NCBI GenBank assembly: GCA_965220165.1
Contig: CBDCPJ010000050.1
Coordinates: 6,622-70,621 of the forward strand
Direction of reading: 5' to 3'
Length of the DNA stretch: 64,000 nt
Origin: Spirochaetia bacterium
GTDB taxonomy: Bacteria; Spirochaetota; Spirochaetia; G963692905
The notes beneath the pieces are model-generated. The model ran no database searches, had not been told where the DNA came from, and worked only from the letters and a program-made list of their open reading frames with translations. Within the stretch, counting starts at the first letter, position 1, and each line of letters begins with the position of its first letter. Positions 20,129 to 28,919 of the stretch are shown here, piece by piece. The position numbers and the translations under genes are program-made.

Positions 20129-20525
20129 GAATGGTAGGTTGCTCTTTTTCGTCAATCAGCGCGATCATACGCTCGCTCAGCGCTTTAATCCACAATGGAA
20201 GATTATTCTGGGTTGAATAGCGTTCGACAATCGCCTGAAATTTCTCGCGAGCCTCGGCAAACATCTCCTGTTTGTAGGAGATAAAAGCCAGCTCGTATTC
20301 GGCGCTCAAAACAGCTTCTTCGTTGTCGGTAAATCGTTCTATCACCGCCTGGTAATAGTTTTTGGCGATATCGAGCTCATTGCTGGAATAGGCCTCTTGC
20401 CCTTGCTGAAAGAGCAATTCAAGCGACAAGTCCTCCGGCGGATCAGAAGGAACCGTTACGCACGCGCTCAACGCCCATAGAGACACCAGCGATATAACGC
20501 CTATCGCAACGCCGCATTTTACCAT
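20115..20525 (-). CDS. Lipoprotein with TPR-like (BamD-like) helices
   Basis: Lipobox-like LSAC, followed by TPR-like LFQQGQEAY...AKNYYQAVIERF. Confidence 0.7.
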   Translation of the reverse strand: MVKCGVAIGVISLVSLWALSACVTVPSDPPEDLSLELLFQQGQEAYSSNELDIAKNYYQAVIERFTDNEEAVLSAEYELAFISYKQEMFAEAREKFQAIVERYSTQNNLPLWIKALSERMIALIDEKEQPTIPIGE

Positions 20526-20571
20526 ACAAAATTACTTTGGCTATGATCGCCCAATTTGTCAAGCGTCATTA

Positions 20572-21378
20572 TTATCGGCTACGCTCTCCATTTGGCGACG
20601 CGATGGGCTCTCGAAACGGGGTAATACTCGTCGCGCGAAAATCATCGCCCACCTCCAGCACTACCCCCTGCGCCTCTAGGTCTTGCCAACATTCCTTTGA
20701 ACGTTCAGGTATCTGACGGATAAATTTCCGTATCTCCACCTCGGGATCAAATCCTATAACGCCAAACTGGCTTCCGGTGCGCCCCGCATCGCATATCACC
20801 GCCGTTCCGTTGGACAAAATTGTGGCGTCGGCAGTCTGCGTTCGCTGCCCCGAACCGATAACGGCGGAAACTTTGCCGTTTGCCAAATAGCCCATCGTCA
20901 ATTTATCCGCGGTAGAGCGCCCATGAAAATCGACAATAGTAATTTGGGATCGCCGCGTGATTCGCGCGATATTTTCATCAAAGAAGGCAAACGGATTATT
21001 GACGTAATTTCGCTCATGCCCCGCTTGCCCCATAAGATTGATAACCGTAATATTGATATCGCCCACCATAATATGGCGCCATCCGCGACCCGGCGCATGC
21101 GCCGGATGATTAGCTGGACGAATGATATAGCCCACACTGTTTATATATGGAGGCATATCGACTTTATTGAATATGCAATCTCCGCTGGTTAGAACATCTA
21201 CGCCAAGCTTGCGAAGGTAAATGGCATGATTTTTGCCTATTCCATAGCCGCCCGTCGCTCCGTCGGCATTCGCGATAACGCAATCGACCTCTAACTTTTC
21301 TTTGAGCGATTTAAGGAGATTTTTAACACAATAGACGCCGGGACTGCCAACCATCTCGGCAATATACAATATTCTCAC
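20572..21378 (-). CDS. ymdB: YmdB-family metallophosphoesterase with altered metal-site motifs
   Basis: MRILYIAEMVG.PG, IRPANHP...PGRGW, DFH, QTAD, DAGRTG. Confidence 0.85.
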   Translation of the reverse strand: MRILYIAEMVGSPGVYCVKNLLKSLKEKLEVDCVIANADGATGGYGIGKNHAIYLRKLGVDVLTSGDCIFNKVDMPPYINSVGYIIRPANHPAHAPGRGWRHIMVGDINITVINLMGQAGHERNYVNNPFAFFDENIARITRRSQITIVDFHGRSTADKLTMGYLANGKVSAVIGSGQRTQTADATILSNGTAVICDAGRTGSQFGVIGFDPEVEIRKFIRQIPERSKECWQDLEAQGVVLEVGDDFRATSITPFREPIASPNGERSR

Positions 21379-21514
21379 TACTTGATTATACTATATTGCA
21401 ATAATATGAATAAGTATATACTATTAATCCATAATTGATTTACTGTTCTTATGAATACTGTCGATTGCTTTCATCGACGATTTCGCGGCAATGAATAACC
21501 TCCGCTAAACGCTG

Positions 21515-22777
21515 TTGATTACCATTACAATTGCCGCGGTCGTTCTCTGCATCATCCTCTCAGCATTTTTTTCCGGTTCAGAGACCGCGTATACTTCGCT
21601 GTCTATAGCGCAAATTGAGACATTGCGAAGCGCGAAGAACCCGCAGTCTCGTCTTGCCGCAAAAATGGCCAATAATCTTAAAAATCTTCTCACGACAATA
21701 CTTATTGGCAATAATTTGGTTAATATTATCGCCGCGGTGCTGGCCAGCAACCTTACTATCGAGCTATTCGGCAGTCAATTATTGGGCGCCACCACCGGTA
21801 TCATCACTCTCTTTATTCTTCTATTTGGCGAAGTAATTCCTAAGCAATTCGCGGTGATCTACAATGAGCGGTGGGCGATCGTTTCGGCTCCTATATTGAC
21901 TGTCGTCTATGCCGCCCTCTATCCTATTAGTTGGATCATAGGCCTCTTTTCCGGCGCTATAGGAAAGATCGATCGACGAGAACCCTCGGAGCAGATTACT
22001 CGCAAAGGCTTGGTATTTCTTATGAAATACGCCGCCTCTATCGGCGTGGTGGACACATTCAAATCTCGTTGGGTAACCAATCTATTTCGTTTCGGAGACA
22101 CAAAAGTATCGTCTATTATGACGCATCGCACACAACTATTTAGCTTGGACAGCGATCGAAAAGTGGAAGAGGCGATATCCGAGATGAGCAGGGCGGGATT
22201 TGCCCGCATTCCCGTCTATAAGGAGCATGCCGAACAGATCACCGGTATCGTATTGTTAAAAGACGCGCTCAACGCGTTAACCCAAAACGAAGGGCAACAT
22301 ACGCTTGCGGAATTGGCGATATTCCCTCTTTTTGTATCCGAAACATGGCCAATAGAAAGGGTATGGAGCAAATTGCGCCATGCCAAAGTGCAGGCCGCTA
22401 TCGTTCGCGACGAATATGGAGGCATATCGGGACTGGTAACGCTAGAGGATATCATTGAAGAGATAATGGGCGAGATCTATGACGAGCGCGAAGGAACCGA
22501 ACAATCAAAAATAGTTTCGTTAGGACATGGTCGCTATCAAATTACCACCGATATTTCGCTCGTCGATTTTAACGATAAATTTGATGTCGAAATTCCTATC
22601 GACCGCGGAATGAATACATTAGGCGGGTATCTTGTCTCTTGTTTTGGATCGATACCGAGCCTCAATGAAAAATTGGACACTCCATACGGAGAATTTGTCG
22701 TTACCGCCCTCGATAAAAACAGAATTGTTCATGCTATTTACGCGCCAACCCTCGATGATATCGAACAAAATAAATAG
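21515..22777 (+). CDS. Hemolysin/CNNM family protein (DUF21-CBS-CorC)
   Basis: SAFFSGSETAYTS, TILIGNNLVNI, GEVIPK, IMTHR, DEYGGISGLVTLEDIIEEIMGEI. Confidence 0.92.
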   Translation: MITITIAAVVLCIILSAFFSGSETAYTSLSIAQIETLRSAKNPQSRLAAKMANNLKNLLTTILIGNNLVNIIAAVLASNLTIELFGSQLLGATTGIITLFILLFGEVIPKQFAVIYNERWAIVSAPILTVVYAALYPISWIIGLFSGAIGKIDRREPSEQITRKGLVFLMKYAASIGVVDTFKSRWVTNLFRFGDTKVSSIMTHRTQLFSLDSDRKVEEAISEMSRAGFARIPVYKEHAEQITGIVLLKDALNALTQNEGQHTLAELAIFPLFVSETWPIERVWSKLRHAKVQAAIVRDEYGGISGLVTLEDIIEEIMGEIYDEREGTEQSKIVSLGHGRYQITTDISLVDFNDKFDVEIPIDRGMNTLGGYLVSCFGSIPSLNEKLDTPYGEFVVTALDKNRIVHAIYAPTLDDIEQNK

Positions 22778-22809
22778 AATACCGGGAGCGCAAACGCGAG
22801 CGAGCGAGC

Positions 22810-25071
22810 ATGTCTAATACAATGGAAATATCGCAAAACGACGGGTATAGACCCGCCCAACGCAAGAAGGCTCGGAAAACCTATCTCCTTTTTATGGTAT
22901 TCAACGCCGCCTCATTTTGGTTGCTCAGCAACAATATCGTAACTCTATTCGCGATTCGTCTTAATGCCACCACAAGCTATATAGGATTGCTATCGGCGAT
23001 GAGCTACATTTCACTCTTCGCCATAATTATCGGTCGCCATATCGCCAAGCAGACGCCTGTCTTGCGGCTATTTCACCGCGCATGGTTATTGAGATATCTA
23101 TCGATGATCATAATATTGCCGGCGCCGCTATTGATAAACGCCAATCTTCGCTTGCTCGCCCTGTTTCTTATGGGCGCGGCGGTATTCGGCTTCCATATTT
23201 TTCGGGGAATAGGCCTTGTATCAAATAGCCCGCTCATCGGAGAACTCTCGACAGGAAAAGATCGCGGCGCCTATTTAGCGAGCATTCAAATTATTGGCTC
23301 CTCGGCGGCAGTTGTCGCGGGACTGACAATCGCCCTTGTATTGGGCCGTACAGCCCCGTTGATTCGCTATAGCATATGTTTTGGCATCGGCATCGCAAGC
23401 GGTTTAATCGCTACAAAAATACTCGCTCAAATACCGCCCCTACCAAACAACTACAATATAGAAGAGACTCGCTCGACATTTTCGATCGCCGACGCATTTC
23501 GCAACAAAAACTTTGCAAAATTCATTATCAGCTTATTTATCTTCGGGGCGCTATCGGGAGCGCTCCGCACCTTCGCAGTGGTCTATGTTCGCGAAGTGTA
23601 CGCGCAGAGCGACCTATCCATAGCGCTCTACACCGTCGCCGGAAGCATCGGCATGTTGATAATAGGAAAACTTTCCGGCGCATTGATCGATCGAATCGGC
23701 GCAAAACCAATCTATTCCTTCTACGCCACTCTATTATCGATCTCGGCATACGCAGTTCTCTTCGCCCCCCAATTCCACAACAGAATCCTTATCACCATAT
23801 TTTGCGGCCTCATATTTCTAATGATCAACACCGCGTTGGCCGGCGGAGAATATTCGGCTCAGATCTATTTTTTTGGCTCGATCTCCAACCGCGAACGGCT
23901 TAATCTGGGAACTCTCTACTTTCTAACGCTCGGACTGGGAGGAAGCTCGGGCCTATTGATCGGCGGAATGATCATCGACATCCTGCTCCAAGACGGCAGG
24001 CTACCGCCCAGTTTGCTCTTTCGCATCTTTTTTGGATGCATCGCGCTATTGCTCACCGTTTGCGTCTCGCTTATCTTGCGCCTTGAACGATTGGGGGCGA
24101 CCTCGATAAAAAACGCGCTGTCGATTATTCTCTCTCCGCGCAATCTCCGTTCGGTGGTGCTTATGAACAAATTGGAACAATCAACCTCTATCGTGGACGA
24201 AAAAAAAATCATCGGCGACGCCGCCAACATAAAGACGCCGATTATCTCCGACGACCTCTCTTCTCGCCTTCAATCGCCAAGTTTGGAAATTCGAAGCGCG
24301 ACGCTCCATGCCATCGAGAATCTTCCGCTTACCGAAAACTCGGAGGCTATGATCGTCAAAGAAATCGAAACGCGGGAGTATACCACCGCCTATATCGCGG
24401 CGCGTATCGCCGGAAGACGCGACATAAAAAGGGCGACCCCCGTGTTGCGACAGCAATTGTCCAGCGGCGACTATATACTTGTGGCTAAATCGATGGTGGC
24501 GCTCGCCCGATTGCGCGACGAAGAATCGATCGGCAGGATTGAAACAATGCTCGCGCAACCCGCCAATCCATTTGTCTTAACTCACGGGGTCGCGGCGCTG
24601 CGCATTTTTCGAAATAGCTCCTCGCTCCCGCTATTATTTTCGATATTGCGCAAGGCAAAAAGCCCCGTCAACATTGTAGTAGATGTATTGCTGGCGATTG
24701 GCGCGGTGATGGGAATGGACGAATCGTTCTATCCTCTCCTTCGCGATCTTCCCAACCCAGATACCGATTCGTGGAATATATTGTCAGAAGAGCTCCTCGA
24801 AAACGCAACCCGCTACCCCGAAAAAATCGGCGCAATGTTAAAATCACTGGCAAACGCGCCCGAAAAACAGCGATCGACAGTCGCCATCGCGACGCTGGAA
24901 ACATTGCAACAATCGCTCTCTGACCTCCCCATCTTTGAACTTGCGATACTATCGCTTAAAGACGATTCCCTACAATATCCCGAACTCTCCTTTTTTATGA
25001 TCTACCTCATCCTTTATTTAACAAAAATGCTGGCAAGCGAACAAGGGCGCCTCAAAAAAACGAAAAAATAG
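22810..25071 (+). CDS. MFS transporter fused to a HEAT-repeat-like domain
   Basis: About 12 TM segments (GALIDRIGAK), then helical repeats (AARIAG, MVALARL, GVAALRIF). Confidence 0.75.
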   Translation: MSNTMEISQNDGYRPAQRKKARKTYLLFMVFNAASFWLLSNNIVTLFAIRLNATTSYIGLLSAMSYISLFAIIIGRHIAKQTPVLRLFHRAWLLRYLSMIIILPAPLLINANLRLLALFLMGAAVFGFHIFRGIGLVSNSPLIGELSTGKDRGAYLASIQIIGSSAAVVAGLTIALVLGRTAPLIRYSICFGIGIASGLIATKILAQIPPLPNNYNIEETRSTFSIADAFRNKNFAKFIISLFIFGALSGALRTFAVVYVREVYAQSDLSIALYTVAGSIGMLIIGKLSGALIDRIGAKPIYSFYATLLSISAYAVLFAPQFHNRILITIFCGLIFLMINTALAGGEYSAQIYFFGSISNRERLNLGTLYFLTLGLGGSSGLLIGGMIIDILLQDGRLPPSLLFRIFFGCIALLLTVCVSLILRLERLGATSIKNALSIILSPRNLRSVVLMNKLEQSTSIVDEKKIIGDAANIKTPIISDDLSSRLQSPSLEIRSATLHAIENLPLTENSEAMIVKEIETREYTTAYIAARIAGRRDIKRATPVLRQQLSSGDYILVAKSMVALARLRDEESIGRIETMLAQPANPFVLTHGVAALRIFRNSSSLPLLFSILRKAKSPVNIVVDVLLAIGAVMGMDESFYPLLRDLPNPDTDSWNILSEELLENATRYPEKIGAMLKSLANAPEKQRSTVAIATLETLQQSLSDLPIFELAILSLKDDSLQYPELSFFMIYLILYLTKMLASEQGRLKKTKK

Positions 25072-25080
25072 GACACTCAT

Positions 25081-25267
25081 AATGGGGGGGGAATCGCGCG
25101 GGAGAATAAAAACGCGACCGCTATCGACGACGGCGCTCTTCCGAGCCAATTGCCCGAACGCGTTGTCTCCCCCCTCGCTCCATAGCGCGCGGCACTATTG
25201 CGCTACCCCCCTCTGCGGGCAACGACGCAACCTCGAAAATCGCCCCAAAATCGCCCGCAACGCCCAA
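25081..25267 (-). repeat. Dispersed structured intergenic repeat, copy B (inverted)
   Basis: Reverse complements of the shared motifs at 25253-25267, 25206-25220, 25165-25177 and ~25081-25093. Confidence 0.8.
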
Positions 25268-25390
25268 ACAGCACGCTAAAGAGGTTCAACTCCTTAAGCG
25301 GCGACGTTGCCGACGATGTCTCTATCGTCATACGATAAAACATGCATGCGGCTATTGACTCGTTGGCGTAAATATGTTTTTTATATCGGT

Positions 25391-26095
25391 ATGCGATACT
25401 ATTTTTATATTTTTGCCATTGTCAATCTCTTTTTTATCGCTGGCTTCGCCGCAGCGCAATCCGCAACGGGGGCATCGAAAAATATTGCGCCTGGACGACC
25501 TCAAATTGACGCCGATGCCGTTGATTGTGTCAACATAGAGAGAATTCGCACCCCTGGCGACAGATTCGCCGCGCAATATTTTAGCAATGGATGCGACTAC
25601 GACATATCGATCGCTTGGTGCGCGATCGACGGACATTATGAGAAATGGGACGGGACTCTTGCCCCATTAGAATCGACACAGTGCGATAGCTCCACCATTC
25701 CCTCGCCTCAATTTGGCTCATACGCGACGCGCCACAACGTGTTGTTCGCTATTGTCGGAAGCGGCAATCCCGAACTTCTTAATGTCAACCGCTTCTCTAC
25801 GCAACTGGCAAGAGGCGATATCTATTACGCCGCCTGCCGATATAGAGCCGCAAGCGCTCCGGTCAATACCATCAAAGTCGGCGTTCAGATATACCAATGG
25901 CCGCTGCGCAACGACCCCGATCTGGATAACGAAGCGCGGATATATCCCTGGATATATCGCAACGATGAAAATAAAGTGGTATACTCATGCCAAAATCATG
26001 AGTTTAACGCGGCAGCGCAACGATTGGATAGCCAAATAGAACTTCCCTTGGAATTAGCGCCGTTTACCACCGATGACGAAACCGCCGACAGCTAG
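25391..26095 (+). CDS. Hypothetical secreted protein with six cysteines
   Basis: MRYYFYIFAIVNLFFIAGFAAAQS signal peptide from ATG 25391. No recognised domain. Confidence 0.65.
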   Translation: MRYYFYIFAIVNLFFIAGFAAAQSATGASKNIAPGRPQIDADAVDCVNIERIRTPGDRFAAQYFSNGCDYDISIAWCAIDGHYEKWDGTLAPLESTQCDSSTIPSPQFGSYATRHNVLFAIVGSGNPELLNVNRFSTQLARGDIYYAACRYRAASAPVNTIKVGVQIYQWPLRNDPDLDNEARIYPWIYRNDENKVVYSCQNHEFNAAAQRLDSQIELPLELAPFTTDDETADS

Positions 26096-27134
26096 CGTTC
26101 GTACCGGTAATAAATCGTTTTTTCTATTGCTCGGCGCCTCCTGCCTTCTCGCGGTCGCGTGCGAAACAGCGCCGTCAAAGGGATCGGTTGACGACGCCCC
26201 GATGGAAACTCGCGCCGAGGACGCCGCTTCAGCCGCGCGGAGCGATCCAGGCTCGGCCAGCGCTTCCGATGCGAGAGACGCGTCGCAATCCAGCGTCGAA
26301 GAAACGCGCGCGGTCGACGGGTCGCTCGCCGACGCGATTATTTCGCAACTGCCTTCGAACCATAGCCTCTACTTCTATTCCAATGTCGAAATAGCCAGAC
26401 CGCTTATCGCCCCGTTGCTTGATCTCTTTGCGATAGAGGCGCAAGATCAGTTGCTCGCCTTGATCGAACAGACCGATCGGTTCGCCGGGTCGATTATCGC
26501 AATTGACCGCGATGAAAAAGCGGGCGAAACCGCGCCGCCTCTCACAATGCTTATCACTGAAGGCGCCTACCCTTCGGGGCTTATCGAGCTCGTATTGCGA
26601 GGAACCGAGGGATGGACATCGCTGGACGACCGCTCATGGCGTTATGAGCCAAGCGGATTGGAGTTGCGATTTGAGCGACAACGTCGCATTTACGCCTCTA
26701 CCGTCGAATTAGCGTCGATAGACCGACAGCTGGACTATATAGGAATGATAGGATTGCCGGCGCGAGCGCAAAAAGAGCTCGGTCGCCATGCGATGACTCT
26801 CTATATTCCCCCACGTCGGCCAGAAATATGGCGGCAAATCACCAGAGGAACACTTGCTCCCGACGTAGAATCTTTTGTGTTGTGGATCGATCCCGCAGAA
26901 CCGCCCTCCGAAGACTCCGAACCATCCTACATGCTCTCTGGATGGCTATCGTTGGCCGAAGAAAACGAGGCGCGGGCATTTTCGGTATTATTCCGTCTGT
27001 TAATCGGGCAGCTGGCGGGAGGCAGAATTGCGGGCGCGTCGGTACAACGAGTGGATCAGCGAATAGAATACAGCGATGTTACGGTAACCGCGCGCGATCT
27101 CATTGATTTTATTCGAGCCATTTCCGCTCCATGA
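26073..27134 (+). CDS. Hypothetical lipoprotein
   Basis: Hydrophobic segment ending LAVAC, then an Ala/Ser/Asp-rich tether. Stop overlaps the hisH start (ATGA). Confidence 0.7.
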   Translation: MTKPPTASVRTGNKSFFLLLGASCLLAVACETAPSKGSVDDAPMETRAEDAASAARSDPGSASASDARDASQSSVEETRAVDGSLADAIISQLPSNHSLYFYSNVEIARPLIAPLLDLFAIEAQDQLLALIEQTDRFAGSIIAIDRDEKAGETAPPLTMLITEGAYPSGLIELVLRGTEGWTSLDDRSWRYEPSGLELRFERQRRIYASTVELASIDRQLDYIGMIGLPARAQKELGRHAMTLYIPPRRPEIWRQITRGTLAPDVESFVLWIDPAEPPSEDSEPSYMLSGWLSLAEENEARAFSVLFRLLIGQLAGGRIAGASVQRVDQRIEYSDVTVTARDLIDFIRAISAP

Positions 27135-27742
27135 GCGCGACCGCCGCGGTAATCGACTACGGCGCGGGAAATATTCGAAGCGTAACCAATAGCCTCGATA
27201 GAATCGGCGCGCGCTATCACATTGTCTCGTCGCCCAAAACGATCGCGCCGTCGGATCATGTGATATTTCCGGGCGTGGGCGAAGCCCGAACGGCGATGGA
27301 AAATCTTAAAGCCGCCGGTATGGACGACGCGATACGGAATCTTTTTCGCGATAGAAGACCGCTGTTGGGTATTTGCGTCGGCGCGCAGGTTGTATTGGAC
27401 TATTCCGAAGAGCGCGACATTCAGTGTTTGGGAATCATCGCCGGCGCATCTCGAAAATTCGGCGCCGTGGCGGGTCGAAAGGTCCCGCATATGGGATGGA
27501 ATAGCGTCGAGTATCGCGAGGAAGAGCGTCTATTCGACGGCATCCCTCAAAACGCGTCGTTCTATTTTTTGCACTCGTTCTATCCTGATCCTAATGACGA
27601 CGACCGAGCGATCGCATGGAGCGACTATCGCCAGCGATTTGTGGCGGCGTTGCGATTTGATACCCTCTGCGCCGTCCAGTTTCATCCGGAAAAATCGGGA
27701 CGCTACGGACTTATGCTGTTGTCAAACTTCTTGACGTTGTAG
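27131..27742 (+). CDS. hisH: Imidazole glycerol phosphate synthase, glutaminase subunit
   Basis: DYGAGNIRSV, PGVG, GICVG, VPHMGWN, QFHPEKS. Confidence 0.96.
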   Translation: MSATAAVIDYGAGNIRSVTNSLDRIGARYHIVSSPKTIAPSDHVIFPGVGEARTAMENLKAAGMDDAIRNLFRDRRPLLGICVGAQVVLDYSEERDIQCLGIIAGASRKFGAVAGRKVPHMGWNSVEYREEERLFDGIPQNASFYFLHSFYPDPNDDDRAIAWSDYRQRFVAALRFDTLCAVQFHPEKSGRYGLMLLSNFLTL

Positions 27743-27759
27743 ACCTTCCGCCATACGCT
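27731..27759 (+). promoter_or_regulatory. Sigma70-type promoter, putative leaderless hisF transcript
   Basis: TTGACG-N17-TACGCT-N6-ATG(27766), no Shine-Dalgarno. Confidence 0.55.
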
Positions 27760-27765
27760 ATTATT

Positions 27766-28536
27766 ATGCTGAAAAAACGCATTATTGTCTGTTTGGATGT
27801 TCGCGACGGGCGAACAACCAAAGGAATCAAATTCAAAGAAAATGTGGATGTCGGCGATCCCGTCGCTATGGCGGCGAAATACTATCGCGACGGGGTGGAC
27901 GAATTGGTCTTTTACGATATAGGGGCAAGCGCCGAGCATCGATCGATTATGATCGATGTTGTGAGCGATGTCGCGCGAGCGATCGCTATCCCGTTTAGCG
28001 TGGGCGGAGGAATCTCTTCTGTAGACGATATGCGAGCGCTCCTGCTGGCAGGCGCGGATAAAATCAGCGTCAATTCGGCGGCCGTTATTAATCCCGACAT
28101 TATCGCCGAGGGCTCGCGATTATTCGGCAGCCAGTGCATCGTGTTGGGGATGGACGCGCGAAGAGACGGCGTTATGGCAAGCGGATATCGTGTTGTTATT
28201 CGCGGCGGGCGCTCGGCGACCAACTGCGACGCCCTCGAATGGGCAGTTCGCGCGTGGAAACTGGGGGCGGGGGAGATTGTCGTCAACTCTATCGATGCCG
28301 ATGGCACCGCCGATGGCTACGAGATACCGCTCACGGCTATGATAGCAAAGGCGGTCGCTATTCCGGTGGTGGCTTCCGGCGGCGCCGGTCATCCAGATCA
28401 TCTCGCCGCGGTATTGACCGATGGATGCGCCGATGCCGCTTTGGTTGCCTCTATGACGCATTATGGACATTTTACCGCGCGACAGATAAAAGAGGCGTTG
28501 CATATGCGGCATATTCCAGTTCGCATGGACTGGTAA
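27766..28536 (+). CDS. hisF: Imidazole glycerol phosphate synthase, cyclase subunit
   Basis: KRIIVCLDV, DELVFYDI, GADKISVNSAAV, NSIDADGT, ASGGAG. Confidence 0.97.
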   Translation: MLKKRIIVCLDVRDGRTTKGIKFKENVDVGDPVAMAAKYYRDGVDELVFYDIGASAEHRSIMIDVVSDVARAIAIPFSVGGGISSVDDMRALLLAGADKISVNSAAVINPDIIAEGSRLFGSQCIVLGMDARRDGVMASGYRVVIRGGRSATNCDALEWAVRAWKLGAGEIVVNSIDADGTADGYEIPLTAMIAKAVAIPVVASGGAGHPDHLAAVLTDGCADAALVASMTHYGHFTARQIKEALHMRHIPVRMDW

Positions 28537-28584
28537 CAATCGCCCGTCGACCGGCGATAGGGACATGCGAGGTATGTGGTCGCG

Positions 28585-28822
28585 TTGGGCGTTGCGGGCC
28601 TTGCGCTGCGCGATTTCCGTGTAGGGGACAGGCGCCCGCAGAGGGGGGGAGCGTAATAGCGCAGGGGCGCGCCCAGTGGAGCGCGAGCGAAACTGGATAA
28701 GCGCGCCCCGGTCAGCGCTATGAAGCGAGGGGGGAGACCCCATACGTGGGGCAATCATAGAACGCTCGCGCCGCTTTTCGATCTCTGTCGCGTTAATTGC
28801 GACGGAAGGTTTCCCCCTCTTT
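28585..28822 (+). repeat. Dispersed structured intergenic repeat, copy C
   Basis: TTGGGCGTTGCGGGC (28585), GCCCGCAGAGGGGGGG (28634), CGAGGGGGGAGAC (28726), TTCCCCCTCTTT (28811), with nested inverted repeats. Confidence 0.8.
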
Positions 28823-28919
28823 GAAATGGCCTTCGCTCTATGGGGGTCGTCTTGCAATATATCGCCGTCTGCGTCATTATAGGGGCTATGTTTCGCTATT
28901 ATAATTTGGAGGTGAATCT

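Noticed and set aside
27131-28536. hisH-hisF without hisA
   Set aside because: Dispersed his genes are common, and hisA may lie elsewhere in the genome.
28120-28857. 245-aa minus-strand ORF spanning repeat copy C and hisF
   Set aside because: Antisense to hisF, low-complexity, and no transposase or other motif.
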